Source: a virus
Taxonomy: Duplodnaviria > Caudoviricetes
Strand: one strand, 5' to 3'
Virus record (IMG/VR): IMGVR_UViG_3300045938_000114
Location: 1 to 64,000 of that record
Length of the DNA stretch: 64,000 nt
In this document: one piece after another, positions 28,003 to 37,789 of the stretch
Position numbering within the stretch: position 1 is the first letter of the stretch
Layout of the letters: the number at the start of each line of letters is the position of its first letter
Made by a program: the position numbers and the translations under genes
The notes under the pieces: model-generated
What the model was told of the DNA's origin: nothing
What the model saw: only the letters and a program-made list of their open reading frames with translations
The model's database searches: none

Positions 28003-29307
28003 TTACTGCGCCAGGAAGCCCTGACGGATACGCTTGTCGATGTCCATGTAGGCCGGGTAGGGCAGCAAGCTGATAGGCTGCGACTTATCGAGCAGCAAGC
28101 GGGCGTCGCGCTTGATAATCGAGAAGTTGATGTAGTCCGACACGAAAATCTCGGAGGTCTGATTCTGGATGTTGCGCTGGTCTTCCATCAGCATGCCGCG
28201 GTGGGTCAGCTTCATGAGCGCCCGCTGCGGGTTGAGCAGCATCACCTGGTCTTCGGGCAGCACAAAGGCATCGAGGTCGAAGCGCTCAGGCACCCCGATA
28301 ACGGTGCTGATGTTGGCCAGCTTCGACTCACCGGCATAGCCCTGGAACTGCGGGGCGCTGGTCACGTCGATGGCGTCATCCTCGCCCGCAATTACGCGGG
28401 TGTAGGGGATGCCCAGACGCTTGCCACGGCTGAACGCCTTCTTGAAGTCACCGTACTGGAAACCCTTGGTAGGGTCCAGCACGCCCACTACCGGGGCCGA
28501 CTCCGAGCCGTTGGGCTGCTCGCCGTTGATGAGCACCTGCATAGCGGCCCAGTCACCGCCGATGGCCATGTCGGTACCTACTTCCTGCAGGAAGATGCTT
28601 ACCAAGTCCATCGACGAAATGTCAATGAGCTCGTCGGTAAGCGAGAAGCCGGTGCCCACCTTGTACACGTCCACCGACTTCTGGCCGAAGCGCACCGAGC
28701 CCAGCGGAATGTTGGCGCCCTCGTTTACCCGGCTGACGCTGGTGTTACCACGCAGCAACTGCGGCATGGTGGCCTTCATCATAGCCAAGTTCTGCGTGCC
28801 GGCCGTCCAGTTGGGGTGCTGGGCGCTGCCGGTGTAGCCGGTGCGCACGGCGGCCATAATCACTTCCGGAATCAGGAAGCGCCAAGCGTCGTTGAGGCCA
28901 GCCGTGTTGTGCGGTTGGGCCGCGCCGAAGCTGGCCCCGCCGTAGTTGCCGTGGTCTTCGAGCGACTTGTAGAGCGTGTTCTTGTTGAGGTTGCTCATGC
29001 CCAGGCGCTCAGCGGCCGAGCTGATGGTGTCCGTGCCGGTGTAGATACCCAGCGAGCGGAGCAGCTGCTGCGTGGTCGAGCCGAAGAACTCCAGCGCAGC
29101 CGCTTCCAGCGACACGTCGCGGCCGGGCGTCTGCTTGCCCTTCTTGTTTACACTCCCCTTGCGGGTTTCGTAAACCTCCTTGGCAAACTGCGTGAATTTC
29201 TCCTCCACCGTTTTTTGCACGTCGATGGTTTTCTCCAGACCGCTTTTGTTGGCCCGCTCCTCCGCGAAGTGTTTTTTGACACGGCCGAGGTCAAGTACTG
29301 TTGACAT
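28003..29307 (-). CDS. Major capsid protein (HK97 fold)
   Basis: L.PEVI, V.EGA.IP, K.G.G...TDE, LING, ARL.LD. Confidence 0.9.
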   Translation of the reverse strand: MSTVLDLGRVKKHFAEERANKSGLEKTIDVQKTVEEKFTQFAKEVYETRKGSVNKKGKQTPGRDVSLEAAALEFFGSTTQQLLRSLGIYTGTDTISSAAERLGMSNLNKNTLYKSLEDHGNYGGASFGAAQPHNTAGLNDAWRFLIPEVIMAAVRTGYTGSAQHPNWTAGTQNLAMMKATMPQLLRGNTSVSRVNEGANIPLGSVRFGQKSVDVYKVGTGFSLTDELIDISSMDLVSIFLQEVGTDMAIGGDWAAMQVLINGEQPNGSESAPVVGVLDPTKGFQYGDFKKAFSRGKRLGIPYTRVIAGEDDAIDVTSAPQFQGYAGESKLANISTVIGVPERFDLDAFVLPEDQVMLLNPQRALMKLTHRGMLMEDQRNIQNQTSEIFVSDYINFSIIKRDARLLLDKSQPISLLPYPAYMDIDKRIRQGFLAQ

Positions 29308-29375
29308 TTAGTTGAAATAAAAAGTGAAAAAACGGGGAAGGGCTACTCGGCAGCAGTACCCGCGCTGCTTTGAGA

Positions 29376-29840
29376 TTAGGCTTTGATGAAAGGCTGGTTG
29401 AGGATGCCCAGGCGCACTTCCGAGCCGGCCGCGCCACCGGCAATTACCACGGCGCACACCCAGTCGCCCGAGGCAGCGGCGGCATAGAGCGGCCCGCCAT
29501 CAGCGTCCTGCGTGCCGGTAGGCACCACGAACGTGCCTACCGTCAGGGCAGCAGCCGACGTGACGTAGAGGTCGCGGTCAAAGAAGGTGGCCACGGTGCA
29601 GGTGGTCTGCGTGGGGAGGCGCAGGTTTTTCGCTACCGTGATAGTACCGATGGGGTATTGCGAGCCCAGGGTGCGGGTCTTGACCGTGTTGTTGGCCGAG
29701 AGGTACACCTCCTGCCCTTCCGCGATGCGGCCGTTACCGGCCGTGCCATCCTGGAACGTGATGGGCAGGCCTTTGCGCGGGAAGCGGGTTTTGGTCCGGC
29801 CTTCGTCCTGAATTGTGCCGGAGTTAAAATCGTCAGCCAT
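29376..29840 (-). CDS. Head decoration/cement protein
   Basis: 154 aa from ATG 29840 (MADDFNSG), between scaffold and MCP. Confidence 0.7.
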   Translation of the reverse strand: MADDFNSGTIQDEGRTKTRFPRKGLPITFQDGTAGNGRIAEGQEVYLSANNTVKTRTLGSQYPIGTITVAKNLRLPTQTTCTVATFFDRDLYVTSAAALTVGTFVVPTGTQDADGGPLYAAAASGDWVCAVVIAGGAAGSEVRLGILNQPFIKA

Positions 29841-29893
29841 TGTTGAGAGAAAAAAAAGGGGTTGCGAATGAAGTGAAAGGCGGGGGCGGGGGC

Positions 29894-31324
29894 TTAGCTC
29901 CGGAAGCGCTCGCTGAGGGGGATGTGCTCCTCGTCGGTGGGGCCGTCGAGCATGCCCTCCTTCTGAGCCACGCTGCTGCGGAAGTCGATGCTGTCGGACG
30001 AGTTGCACTTGGTGCAATGAGCTGCGAAGCCTACGGCCGTAGCCCCGCCCCACATTTTGATTTTGGCTTCGAGCGAGGCGGTGTCAGCCGTTTTCAGCTC
30101 GTCCAGAATCTTCTGGTCGGGGTTGCCCTTAGCGAACTTGGTGTACTCGGCCTCGGCGGCGGCGCGCAGTTGGGTGCTGAAGCTTTTGCCGGCCTCTACG
30201 AACGAAGCGTTGGCCTCCTTCTCCTGGGTCAGCGTGTTCACCTCGCCTTCGGCTTTCGTCTTGGCGGCCAGCGCGTCGGTCTTCTCCTGGTTCAGGCTGG
30301 TGATGGTGGTGGCCTGGGTGCCGTGCTCGGCTTTCAGGGTATCGTACTCCGTTTTGGGCACGATGGTCAGTGACTGCACGGCGGCATCAAACTTGGCTTG
30401 GTCGAAGGCTTCGACCTGCTCAGCGGTCAGGCCAAGCTTGGTGCCCATAAATGAAAAAAGAGGATGCTTCATGGAATTGGGTGAATTAGGCGGGGGCGTT
30501 GGGGGCGTGGCAGAATTGGAGATAGCAGATGAGCGGGTGCGCAGGCCTTCGGCCACGTAGTAGCGGGTTACCTTGGCGACATCGTAGCTGGTGAGCTTGG
30601 AGGCGTTGAATTGGCCAGCCAACTCAGTATCCTGCACGTTCACGTCCAGCACTTGGTCACCGATGAGCATCCGGGCAAACACGTCGGCTCCTTTCCACAC
30701 CAGCGACGACTCGTAGTAGTCGTTGATTTTGGTGACGATGCGCCGCACCTCCTCATCGTTGATGATTTCGCCCAGGTGGTAGTAGAAGTCCCACTCGTTT
30801 TCAAACTCGTGGCTGGCTTCCCACTCGAAATCAATCGTGACCGAGCAGCACTGCACCGGCGATACCGGCGAGTTCATCTGGCGTACCAGCTTGGGCTGCA
30901 ACTGGAAGTCCAGCACGAACGGCGCTTCAATGCCGGCTGGAATCTGCACATTCTGCTCATTGGTGTAAGCGTCCTTCCAGACGGCCGTACCAACGTGGCC
31001 TACCTCATTGCCTACCTCCATGTCGTGGTTGGTGTAGGCGGGCTTATTGCTCAGCAGTGGCACCGAGGCCTTGAGCACGGCCAGATTGCGGAAGTCCGTG
31101 GCCTTCCAGCTACCCGACCCCACGATGGTGGCCGATAGCTGGCGAAACATAAAGCTGAAAAAGTCTTCCTCGGCAGGCGTGGGGGCGTACCGCACGCCGC
31201 CCGGCGTGGCCGCATCGAACTGCGTACCATCCTGCCCCGGCTCCTTGGGAGCCGGGCGGGTGCCTGCCTGGAACTTCGGGTTGCCTTGCAGCAGCGTAAT
31301 AGAGTGCGAGCCGGTTAGCTTCAT
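29894..31324 (-). CDS. Prohead protease-scaffold fusion
   Basis: NH....VG and SV.I...E.SLVW.GAD protease-like motifs; coiled-coil C-half; CTKC. Confidence 0.75.
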   Translation of the reverse strand: MKLTGSHSITLLQGNPKFQAGTRPAPKEPGQDGTQFDAATPGGVRYAPTPAEEDFFSFMFRQLSATIVGSGSWKATDFRNLAVLKASVPLLSNKPAYTNHDMEVGNEVGHVGTAVWKDAYTNEQNVQIPAGIEAPFVLDFQLQPKLVRQMNSPVSPVQCCSVTIDFEWEASHEFENEWDFYYHLGEIINDEEVRRIVTKINDYYESSLVWKGADVFARMLIGDQVLDVNVQDTELAGQFNASKLTSYDVAKVTRYYVAEGLRTRSSAISNSATPPTPPPNSPNSMKHPLFSFMGTKLGLTAEQVEAFDQAKFDAAVQSLTIVPKTEYDTLKAEHGTQATTITSLNQEKTDALAAKTKAEGEVNTLTQEKEANASFVEAGKSFSTQLRAAAEAEYTKFAKGNPDQKILDELKTADTASLEAKIKMWGGATAVGFAAHCTKCNSSDSIDFRSSVAQKEGMLDGPTDEEHIPLSERFRS

Positions 31325-31328
31325 GGGC

Positions 31329-31520
31329 TTAGTTGAGTAATAGGAGAGTGTCGAAAGCGCCGGATAGCTCGGCAGCTTCGTCCTTACCTGTCACAATGAT
31401 AGAGAGGTACTGAGCCCTCGTTTTTATGACTTTTCCACGACTAGCCAGGGGCAAAGCGTGGAAATACGGCGCAAAAACCATTGTCACCCGTTGCGTCAGG
31501 TGTATTTGGGTAGCCTTCAT
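31329..31520 (-). CDS. Small hypothetical protein
   Basis: 63 aa filling the gap between portal and protease. Confidence 0.5.
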   Translation of the reverse strand: MKATQIHLTQRVTMVFAPYFHALPLASRGKVIKTRAQYLSIIVTGKDEAAELSGAFDTLLLLN

Positions 31521-31563
31521 AGTGGGGGTGCAGTTAGTACTTTGTCAGGGGTTGCCCGCTTTT

Positions 31564-34164
31564 TTATATCACGGCCACCACGCGGCCCCGGCAATGGCAG
31601 TGGTAGGAGGGCAAGCCAATGCCCTGCGCTTGCAATTCGGCCGCCGTGAGCTTTTTGAAATTCTCCAGCGGAATGTTGGTTGCAAAGGGCGCCAGCGTAG
31701 GCGTGTCGCCCGGCTCACCTTCCACGACCTTCTTCATCTGGGCCACGCTATCGGCTACCGAAAAGGTTTTGCCGTTCATGTGCTCGCAGTACCCGCAGGT
31801 GCGCTTGTCGTTCACCTCTACCACCTCGTACTCGTCCAGCTCCGCCTGATTGATATAATTCAGGTTGGCGTAGTTGCGGCAGCGGTTAGCGGTCGTTTCC
31901 ATGATGCGCCGGATTTTGTAGGCCTCCAGCTGCACCTGCGCCTCATAGCGGTCGAGGAACTCCGTCACAGCGGCTTGGCCCTTGCCGATGGGGCTGTTCT
32001 GGCCCAGGTATTCTAGGGCTATCCAGTCGAGCAGGCGGCGGCGCGTATCCTCGTCCACGATGAAGCGGCCGAGGTAGAAGGTGTCGTGGGCTACCAGGTA
32101 CTCCACCGCCCGGTAGTCGGGTAGGCCAAATACCGGGTCGGGCACCGCGAAGAACTTGGCGGGCGCGCTAAAGCCCCGCGCCTGGGTGAAGATGCGTTTG
32201 TCCTTACGGAAGGTGCGGAAGCCGCTCATTTGGTGCTTCTGGGCCAGCTCCTGCACGGGCTGCCGGAAGTTGGCGTCCCACTTGCGAATAAGGTGGTAGA
32301 GCACCGTATCCTGCAAATCCTTTTGGCTGGCCGTTTTCGGCAGCTTGTACAAGGCCTTGCGTAGCGGGTCGCGGGTGCGCTGCACGGCCTTGGCGAAGCG
32401 GCGCATCACGGCCGCCTCGTAGGGCCGCAGGTAGTTTTCCAATAGCTCGTCGTGGAAGTCGGTGGCCTCGCCGAAGCTCTGGCCTACCTCACAGCCGGCC
32501 GGCACCGAGTAATCGAACTCGCCCCCGCCCTTGCGCAGCCCGGCCCAGGCCCAGGCCAGGTGCGGCGCGATTCGGCGCGCGGCATCGTTGGCCTGCTTAT
32601 CGGCGTTGGGGTTGCCGCTGCCGGTGCTTTCGGTGCCGTCCTTGTTATCGGCGGCGGTGGCCCCGCTGCCCACCGGCCCGCGCACCGGGCCTTTGGCAAA
32701 GGCCTTGTCGTAGCCCAGTTCGGCCGCGCCGATATCCTGGCTGATGATGCCGGCGTTGATTTTGTTGGTGACGTTGGCGATGCGCAGCTGCTCGGTTTCC
32801 TCCTCGCGCTTTTTATCGCCGATGAGGGCCGGCTCAAACGTGCACTTCACCGAGCCCGGCCGGAAGCCGGCCAGGTAGAGTTCCATCAAATACAGCTGCT
32901 CGAAGAAGCTGGCCACCACGCGCTGGTAGCTGGCCACCTGCGCGGTCATCTTCGCCAGGATTACCCGCCCGAAGGTTTCGGTGGTAGCCTGGTTGTCACC
33001 AAGCATGTTGGGGTCTTGGTGTAGGCCGGCGTAGATGAGGCTGTTCATCATGTTCATGATGCCCTCGGCCCCCTGCACGTTCATCTGGTTGCCCTGCAAC
33101 TCAAACTTATGGGCGTTTTGAAAGCCAATGGTCATGCCCCGCGCAAAACCCATCTCCACCTGCGGCCGCACCTCGTTTTGCAGGTGATGCACGAGCCGCT
33201 GCTTATAGGCCACCCCGGTTTCGCCTTCAAACTTTTTCGGCATCTGCACCAGCACCGACAAGAAGCCCAGCATGCCCATCCGGTCAATCATGCTGTTGAA
33301 GCTGCCCAGCGCCTTGTTGGCGCGGGCAATGTCTTCCAGGGCGGCGATGAACGGGGGCTGCCCGTAGGGCGTGGCCTTGTACTTTTTGGCCGCGATGTAC
33401 TTATAGGTCTGCTGATTCAGCTCCTTGTACCCCGCCAGCCGCCCGGTGCCCGAGCCCGGCGTACCCAGGCCCACCTTCTGGAAGGGCGTGTAGCTGTCCG
33501 AATCCCGGTCGTAGAAAAAACGAATACGCTGCGGCCCCACCTTCGGCACGCTCTGCACGCCGTCAAGCTTCTTGGTGGGCACAATCTCGGCGCTGAGGCA
33601 GCCGAAGGTGGCTACCTGCGCGAACAGGTCGTTGGTGAGGCTGGCCTGCCCGTCCGTGAAAGCGTACCACCGGCTCTCCGCCCCGCGCAGGTGGGCCCGC
33701 ATCTTCTTGGCATCGGCGGTTTTCACGGTGTCCGCAAACTCCACGGTCATCGTGGTCGCCGCCAGCGTCACCACGTTATCGACTGCGTAGCTCAGGTGCC
33801 GGTTGAAAATGGCGGAGTTCTCCAGTACGTCGAGCAGTTGGAACGGAAAGTCCGTGCTCACCGGCTGAAAATAGTTGGGGAGCACGTTGAACTCGCTCTC
33901 GTTTGTCGAGCTGCGCCCGCCACCGGCTATCGGTTTCCCGTCCTCGGGCTCACTGGCCAGAAATTCCTGGAACGCCTGCTGTTGCACGGCCAGCGTGTCC
34001 GGGTCGGCAACGGCAAGCACCCCCGCTGCCGCTGGCTGAGCAGCGGTAGGCGGGGGCGCAGGGTGTTGAGCTTCAAGGCCGGCCGGGGGGGTAGCAGTGG
34101 CGGCTACTGCGTTACCACTAAAGCGGCGGCGGATGCTCTCGGGCAGAATATCAAACAGGGACAT
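31564..34164 (-). CDS. Portal protein fused to MuF/gp7 head morphogenesis domain
   Basis: PYGQPP, H.DP.MLG and GIIS portal features; C-terminal D.RTC..C..MNGK.F...LPSYHCHCRG MuF motif. Confidence 0.85.
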   Translation of the reverse strand: MSLFDILPESIRRRFSGNAVAATATPPAGLEAQHPAPPPTAAQPAAAGVLAVADPDTLAVQQQAFQEFLASEPEDGKPIAGGGRSSTNESEFNVLPNYFQPVSTDFPFQLLDVLENSAIFNRHLSYAVDNVVTLAATTMTVEFADTVKTADAKKMRAHLRGAESRWYAFTDGQASLTNDLFAQVATFGCLSAEIVPTKKLDGVQSVPKVGPQRIRFFYDRDSDSYTPFQKVGLGTPGSGTGRLAGYKELNQQTYKYIAAKKYKATPYGQPPFIAALEDIARANKALGSFNSMIDRMGMLGFLSVLVQMPKKFEGETGVAYKQRLVHHLQNEVRPQVEMGFARGMTIGFQNAHKFELQGNQMNVQGAEGIMNMMNSLIYAGLHQDPNMLGDNQATTETFGRVILAKMTAQVASYQRVVASFFEQLYLMELYLAGFRPGSVKCTFEPALIGDKKREEETEQLRIANVTNKINAGIISQDIGAAELGYDKAFAKGPVRGPVGSGATAADNKDGTESTGSGNPNADKQANDAARRIAPHLAWAWAGLRKGGGEFDYSVPAGCEVGQSFGEATDFHDELLENYLRPYEAAVMRRFAKAVQRTRDPLRKALYKLPKTASQKDLQDTVLYHLIRKWDANFRQPVQELAQKHQMSGFRTFRKDKRIFTQARGFSAPAKFFAVPDPVFGLPDYRAVEYLVAHDTFYLGRFIVDEDTRRRLLDWIALEYLGQNSPIGKGQAAVTEFLDRYEAQVQLEAYKIRRIMETTANRCRNYANLNYINQAELDEYEVVEVNDKRTCGYCEHMNGKTFSVADSVAQMKKVVEGEPGDTPTLAPFATNIPLENFKKLTAAELQAQGIGLPSYHCHCRGRVVAVI

Positions 34165-34199
34165 AAGAGGCGGATTTCCCGCAACCTATGCCCCTGTCG

Positions 34200-35027
34200 C
34201 TATGCCTTTTTTGCGCTTTCGGGCAGCAGGTAGATGTCGCGCAGCAAGGCATTTTCTCGCTGGGTGAGCTCGGCCTGAATCTGCTTTATCATGTCGACGG
34301 TGAACTTCTCGTCCACGTCGCCGGCAGCAATACGCTCTTTGCGGCGCTTTACGGCTTCCAGCTGCATGGACAGGTCCAGGTATTGCTGCCGCTGGCGGTC
34401 GGCCCGTTGGCGCAAGGCCTTGCGCTGGGCAGTCTGGTTTTTCGAGAAGTTGCGGTTACGGGCAATGTTCTCGGCGCGGGTAAGCAGGCGCAGGTTGCCG
34501 AGCTCGCAGTTCAGCGGGTCGCCATCGATGAAGGCCACGATATAGCCGGCTGGTACCGGCCCATTGGCCTCTTCCCAGACGTGGTTGCTATAGCTCACCA
34601 TCTCGCCGCCCTTTTTGATACGCAGTATATCGCGCACCTTCCCGTCTGACTGCCGCTCCTTCCACACCCGAATGTCGCCCTCCTGCACCGTATGCGGCGC
34701 TTCAAAGCCCTCCGGGCGGCGAAAGGCGCCGGCCTCCTTGTTGCGTTGGAGAATAGCCCGGCGATGCATGTTGTCGCGCTTGAGGTTCATCGCCAAGCGC
34801 TTTTTCTCAACCATCTTGGCGTTGTACACCCGCTCGTCGCGCGGGTCTGCGGTGAGGTCCGCCGCTATTTCGCGGTCGCCACGCTCGGTGTAGTTATCCT
34901 CAATGTATTGAGCTGCCCAGTGCGGCCAGGGTAACGGGCGTGCTTGTAGTGGTCTATCAATAGCATTATCAGCGGAATAATGAAAAGCGGAATCTGGAAG
35001 CGAGTCGGATGAAGAATACATAATCAT
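34200..35027 (-). CDS. HTH-HNH endonuclease
   Basis: VWE..NGPVP.G.IV.FIDGD.LNC.L.NL.L.TR.EN. Confidence 0.85.
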   Translation of the reverse strand: MIMYSSSDSLPDSAFHYSADNAIDRPLQARPLPWPHWAAQYIEDNYTERGDREIAADLTADPRDERVYNAKMVEKKRLAMNLKRDNMHRRAILQRNKEAGAFRRPEGFEAPHTVQEGDIRVWKERQSDGKVRDILRIKKGGEMVSYSNHVWEEANGPVPAGYIVAFIDGDPLNCELGNLRLLTRAENIARNRNFSKNQTAQRKALRQRADRQRQQYLDLSMQLEAVKRRKERIAAGDVDEKFTVDMIKQIQAELTQRENALLRDIYLLPESAKKA

Positions 35028-35039
35028 GTCAGGGGTGTA

Positions 35040-35066
35040 ATAAGGCGGGCTGTACGCCCGCCTTAT
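35040..35066. other. Hairpin at the edge of an AT-rich intergenic region
   Basis: ATAAGGCGGGC-TGTAC-GCCCGCCTTAT. Confidence 0.6.
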
Positions 35067-35221
35067 GCAACATGCGCGGTGAGGGTCTACATAGGATTCT
35101 ATCTAGCAATGCTAAAACGGATTAAATAGAACAACGCACTAACCTAGCAAATTTTTATACTTAACAAAATTACTTGCGCTCCCTATTGGTTCAAAGCATC
35201 TACGCCTATCTAAGCAGTTTA

Positions 35222-35629
35222 TTATTCTGCTATAGCAGGCACTTCCTCTCCAGTAGCGAGGTCAATCGCTACCTTCTGCACATTAACTCCCTGACTAGGT
35301 CGCAGTTGCTCACGCACGTACTGGCGGGCCTGCTCGCGGGCTAATTCTTCGTCAATGCCGGCGCAGTCCAAAAATAGTTCTAGTTTGGCCTCATAGGATA
35401 CAAGGCCTAAATCCGGGTACTGCGCCAGCTTTTCCAGCAGTGGCTGTACGGTGTGTTTCCAGAGGCCCAGCATCGCCTCGCGTAGGGCCATCATGGCATA
35501 GGCTGGGCTGGCCACTTCTACGATAACGCAGGCGGCGTTGGGGTGGTCGAGCTGGTGCTGCTCGACCACGGCGCGGCTCGGGTCGTGGAAGACGACCGTG
35601 TGGTCGGTAGTGTTGAGGAGATAAACCAT
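35222..35629 (-). CDS. Hypothetical protein, third gene of the par operon
   Basis: Stop/start overlap with the RHH gene. Confidence 0.7.
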   Translation of the reverse strand: MVYLLNTTDHTVVFHDPSRAVVEQHQLDHPNAACVIVEVASPAYAMMALREAMLGLWKHTVQPLLEKLAQYPDLGLVSYEAKLELFLDCAGIDEELAREQARQYVREQLRPSQGVNVQKVAIDLATGEEVPAIAE

Positions 35630-35949
35630 TACAAGTTGCGGAGTTCCTTGGGAGTGGGCTTCAATGCTTCGGGAAACTTCAACAGGTACTCGCGCAGGGC
35701 ATTGTTTAAAATCTCCTGCTTACTGGGCTGCTCTGGCTCCCGTACCCAGTGCTTGACGCGCTCCAGCATCAGGTCGTTCTCGATGGAGATGCGCGACGAG
35801 AAAGCTGTAAATTCCTGGCGGGGCGGGGCCGGGGGTGTGGGCAATGCCTCGCGGGGTTCATCGAGCGGCCGGGCCTCTACGGCTGGCGCGGGCTTGCGTA
35901 GGTGATTAAGGAAATCTTTGCCCGCTTTAGGCTTGGTAGGTTCGTTCAT
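35629..35949 (-). CDS. Small ribbon-helix-helix centromere-binding protein (type Ib ParB/ParG-like)
   Basis: Flexible basic N-terminus then FSSRIS...L.RVK.W....SKQEILNNALREYL; coupled to parA. Confidence 0.75.
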   Translation of the reverse strand: MNEPTKPKAGKDFLNHLRKPAPAVEARPLDEPREALPTPPAPPRQEFTAFSSRISIENDLMLERVKHWVREPEQPSKQEILNNALREYLLKFPEALKPTPKELRNL

Positions 35950-36749
35950 ACGAGTTTGGCCAGGATGGCAGAAGTGAGTTTATGAAAGTCTTGTACGCCG
36001 TTCGAGTCGGGGTTGTCGCTCACCGGCAGCGTGCCGAAGGCCTGCGAATCTGACAGGGCTCCATCCTGCCGGATGTTGGGCAGCACCATATCGGGTCCGA
36101 AGTCCTCGCCGGTAATCTGCACTACCTGCTGGTGCAGGCGGCGGTTGGAGCGTGGGTTGTAGGGCAGGAAGAAAACGCCCAGCGCCTTGAGTTTGGGGTT
36201 CACGCCGCTTTCGCGCAGGCCCTGCGCGAGCTGCGCAATCAAGGCCTGCTTGTCGTAGGAAAACTTCTCCGGCTTGGACGGCACGACGTAGGCCGTGGCC
36301 GCCACGAACGCCATGTACGTCATGGTCGTTTGCGCGGGCGGGCAGTCGATGAGCACGTAGTCATACTGTTTGGCCACGGCCGCGAGCTTCTTCTTCAACA
36401 ACTCGTGGTAGTCGTCTACCTCACGAATTTGGTATTCCTGCACGGCCAGGTAGTTGCTGGCCGGTAATAGAAACAGGTTGGGGAAAGGCTCGCCCTGGGT
36501 ACGCAGGGGCTGGATAGCCTCTACGATGTCGGCCTGGCTCAGCAGCACCTCGCCCAGGCTGCGCCCGGCTGGGTCGCAGTTAAACCAGTTTGTGAGGTCG
36601 GATTGCCAGTCCGCATCAATGAGTAGTACGCGGTGGCCACGCTGGGCCAGGTCGGCGCCGATACAGGCCACGCTGGTCGTTTTGCCTACGCCGCCTTTGG
36701 CGTTGGTGACTGCGATAACAACGGGAGATTTGGGGGGAGTTTTTGCCAT
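35946..36749 (-). CDS. parA: ParA/Soj Walker-A partition ATPase
   Basis: KGGVGKTT, LIDAD.Q, YDYVLIDCPP; no N-terminal HTH; likely start 36749. Confidence 0.95.
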   Translation of the reverse strand: MAKTPPKSPVVIAVTNAKGGVGKTTSVACIGADLAQRGHRVLLIDADWQSDLTNWFNCDPAGRSLGEVLLSQADIVEAIQPLRTQGEPFPNLFLLPASNYLAVQEYQIREVDDYHELLKKKLAAVAKQYDYVLIDCPPAQTTMTYMAFVAATAYVVPSKPEKFSYDKQALIAQLAQGLRESGVNPKLKALGVFFLPYNPRSNRRLHQQVVQITGEDFGPDMVLPNIRQDGALSDSQAFGTLPVSDNPDSNGVQDFHKLTSAILAKLV

Positions 36750-36769
36750 ACTGGGTAGTTTATGGGGTG

Positions 36770-36912
36770 CAAGCGTTGTAAGCATCACTTACAACACTTG
36801 CAAAGCTGGCAAATAATATTCGTACTTGCAAGGCTTACATTTCTTACAACACTTACAAGACTTGCAAAAGCTGACCTGTCTGCAAGTCTTGTAAGTGTTG
36901 TAAGTCTTGCAA
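36770..36912. repeat. Cluster of 9-bp iterons (CTTRCAANA / TNTTGYAAG) with a perfect 24-bp inverted repeat (36843-36866 / 36881-36904); putative parS/operator
   Basis: CTTACAACACTTACAAGACTTGCA-N14-TGCAAGTCTTGTAAGTGTTGTAAG directly upstream of parA. Confidence 0.85.
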
Positions 36913-37113
36913 TGTCTTAATGGGCAGCAATAGGCCACCCAACACATGCTGGCGTACCATCTTTCTTATGGTCAACGTCTTGACGGACGTATTCAGGTTG
37001 CGGAGCTGCATTGCTACCGGGCCTGCGGCCTCAATAAGCAGCAGATTTCCGGTAGCTTTTTGCACGTAGGCAACGGCCTCGGTATCGAGGCTGGGTGTGG
37101 TAGTGGGGTTCAT
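36853..37113 (-). CDS. Hypothetical protein whose C-terminus reads through the iterons
   Basis: CCCAGTATG start; LQDLQHLQDLQ. Confidence 0.55.
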   Translation of the reverse strand: MNPTTTPSLDTEAVAYVQKATGNLLLIEAAGPVAMQLRNLNTSVKTLTIRKMVRQHVLGGLLLPIKTLQDLQHLQDLQTGQLLQVL

Positions 37114-37149
37114 ACTGGGGTGAGTATTGGGTAACAGCCGTAAATATAC

Positions 37150-37173
37150 GTTTCTGTTACATATATAACAAAC
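37150..37173. promoter_or_regulatory. Putative operator GTTTCTGTTACA-N2-TATAAC
   Basis: 12-bp half-site identical to 44015-44026. Confidence 0.55.
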
Positions 37174-37186
37174 TCACCCCCGTATT

Positions 37187-37789
37187 TTACAGCTCAGACC
37201 CTAACTTCTGATACCAGAAGCTTTTAGCTGCCATCTCGTTTATTTCCCGGCAATACGACTCGTGCCGTTCGTGGAACTCCTCCCCCATTTCTTCGCCGGC
37301 GAGGTAGCGTTGGTCATTGCTCATGCCGAGTAGCTCCTGCATCACCGGCGCGAAGGCGCCCGCTACCTCTACCCCACCCCGCGGCACTACTGGCACCTGC
37401 GGGGCCGGGCGCACGTCGAGCAGCCGGAAGCTGCCACCCTGGTAGCGCATCAGCTGGCCGTGTCGGTGGGCATACACCACCCATACCTCGCCGCCTTGAT
37501 GTTTCAGCCAGTAGCGTGCAGTAGGCGTGCTCGGACGCTCGGCCTGCACGACGGGCACACCCGTTACCAGGCTAACGCGCTCCTGGGTTTCTACGTCGTC
37601 GGCTTCGACGACGTGCTGCCAGCGGGGCACCCCATAGGGCCGGAAGATGGAGCGAACCCGCACCAGTCGATTGTGCAGCCACAACTCCTGCCCGATAAAC
37701 AGGCTGTTGAAGTTGTAAAGAACCTGGGGCTGGGTAACGGGGGGGAGGGGCTGGGGTGCGGGGGTAATGGGCGAGATACTAGTCAACAC
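37187..37789 (-). CDS. Hypothetical protein
   Basis: 200 aa ORF. Confidence 0.6.
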   Translation of the reverse strand: MLTSISPITPAPQPLPPVTQPQVLYNFNSLFIGQELWLHNRLVRVRSIFRPYGVPRWQHVVEADDVETQERVSLVTGVPVVQAERPSTPTARYWLKHQGGEVWVVYAHRHGQLMRYQGGSFRLLDVRPAPQVPVVPRGGVEVAGAFAPVMQELLGMSNDQRYLAGEEMGEEFHERHESYCREINEMAAKSFWYQKLGSEL

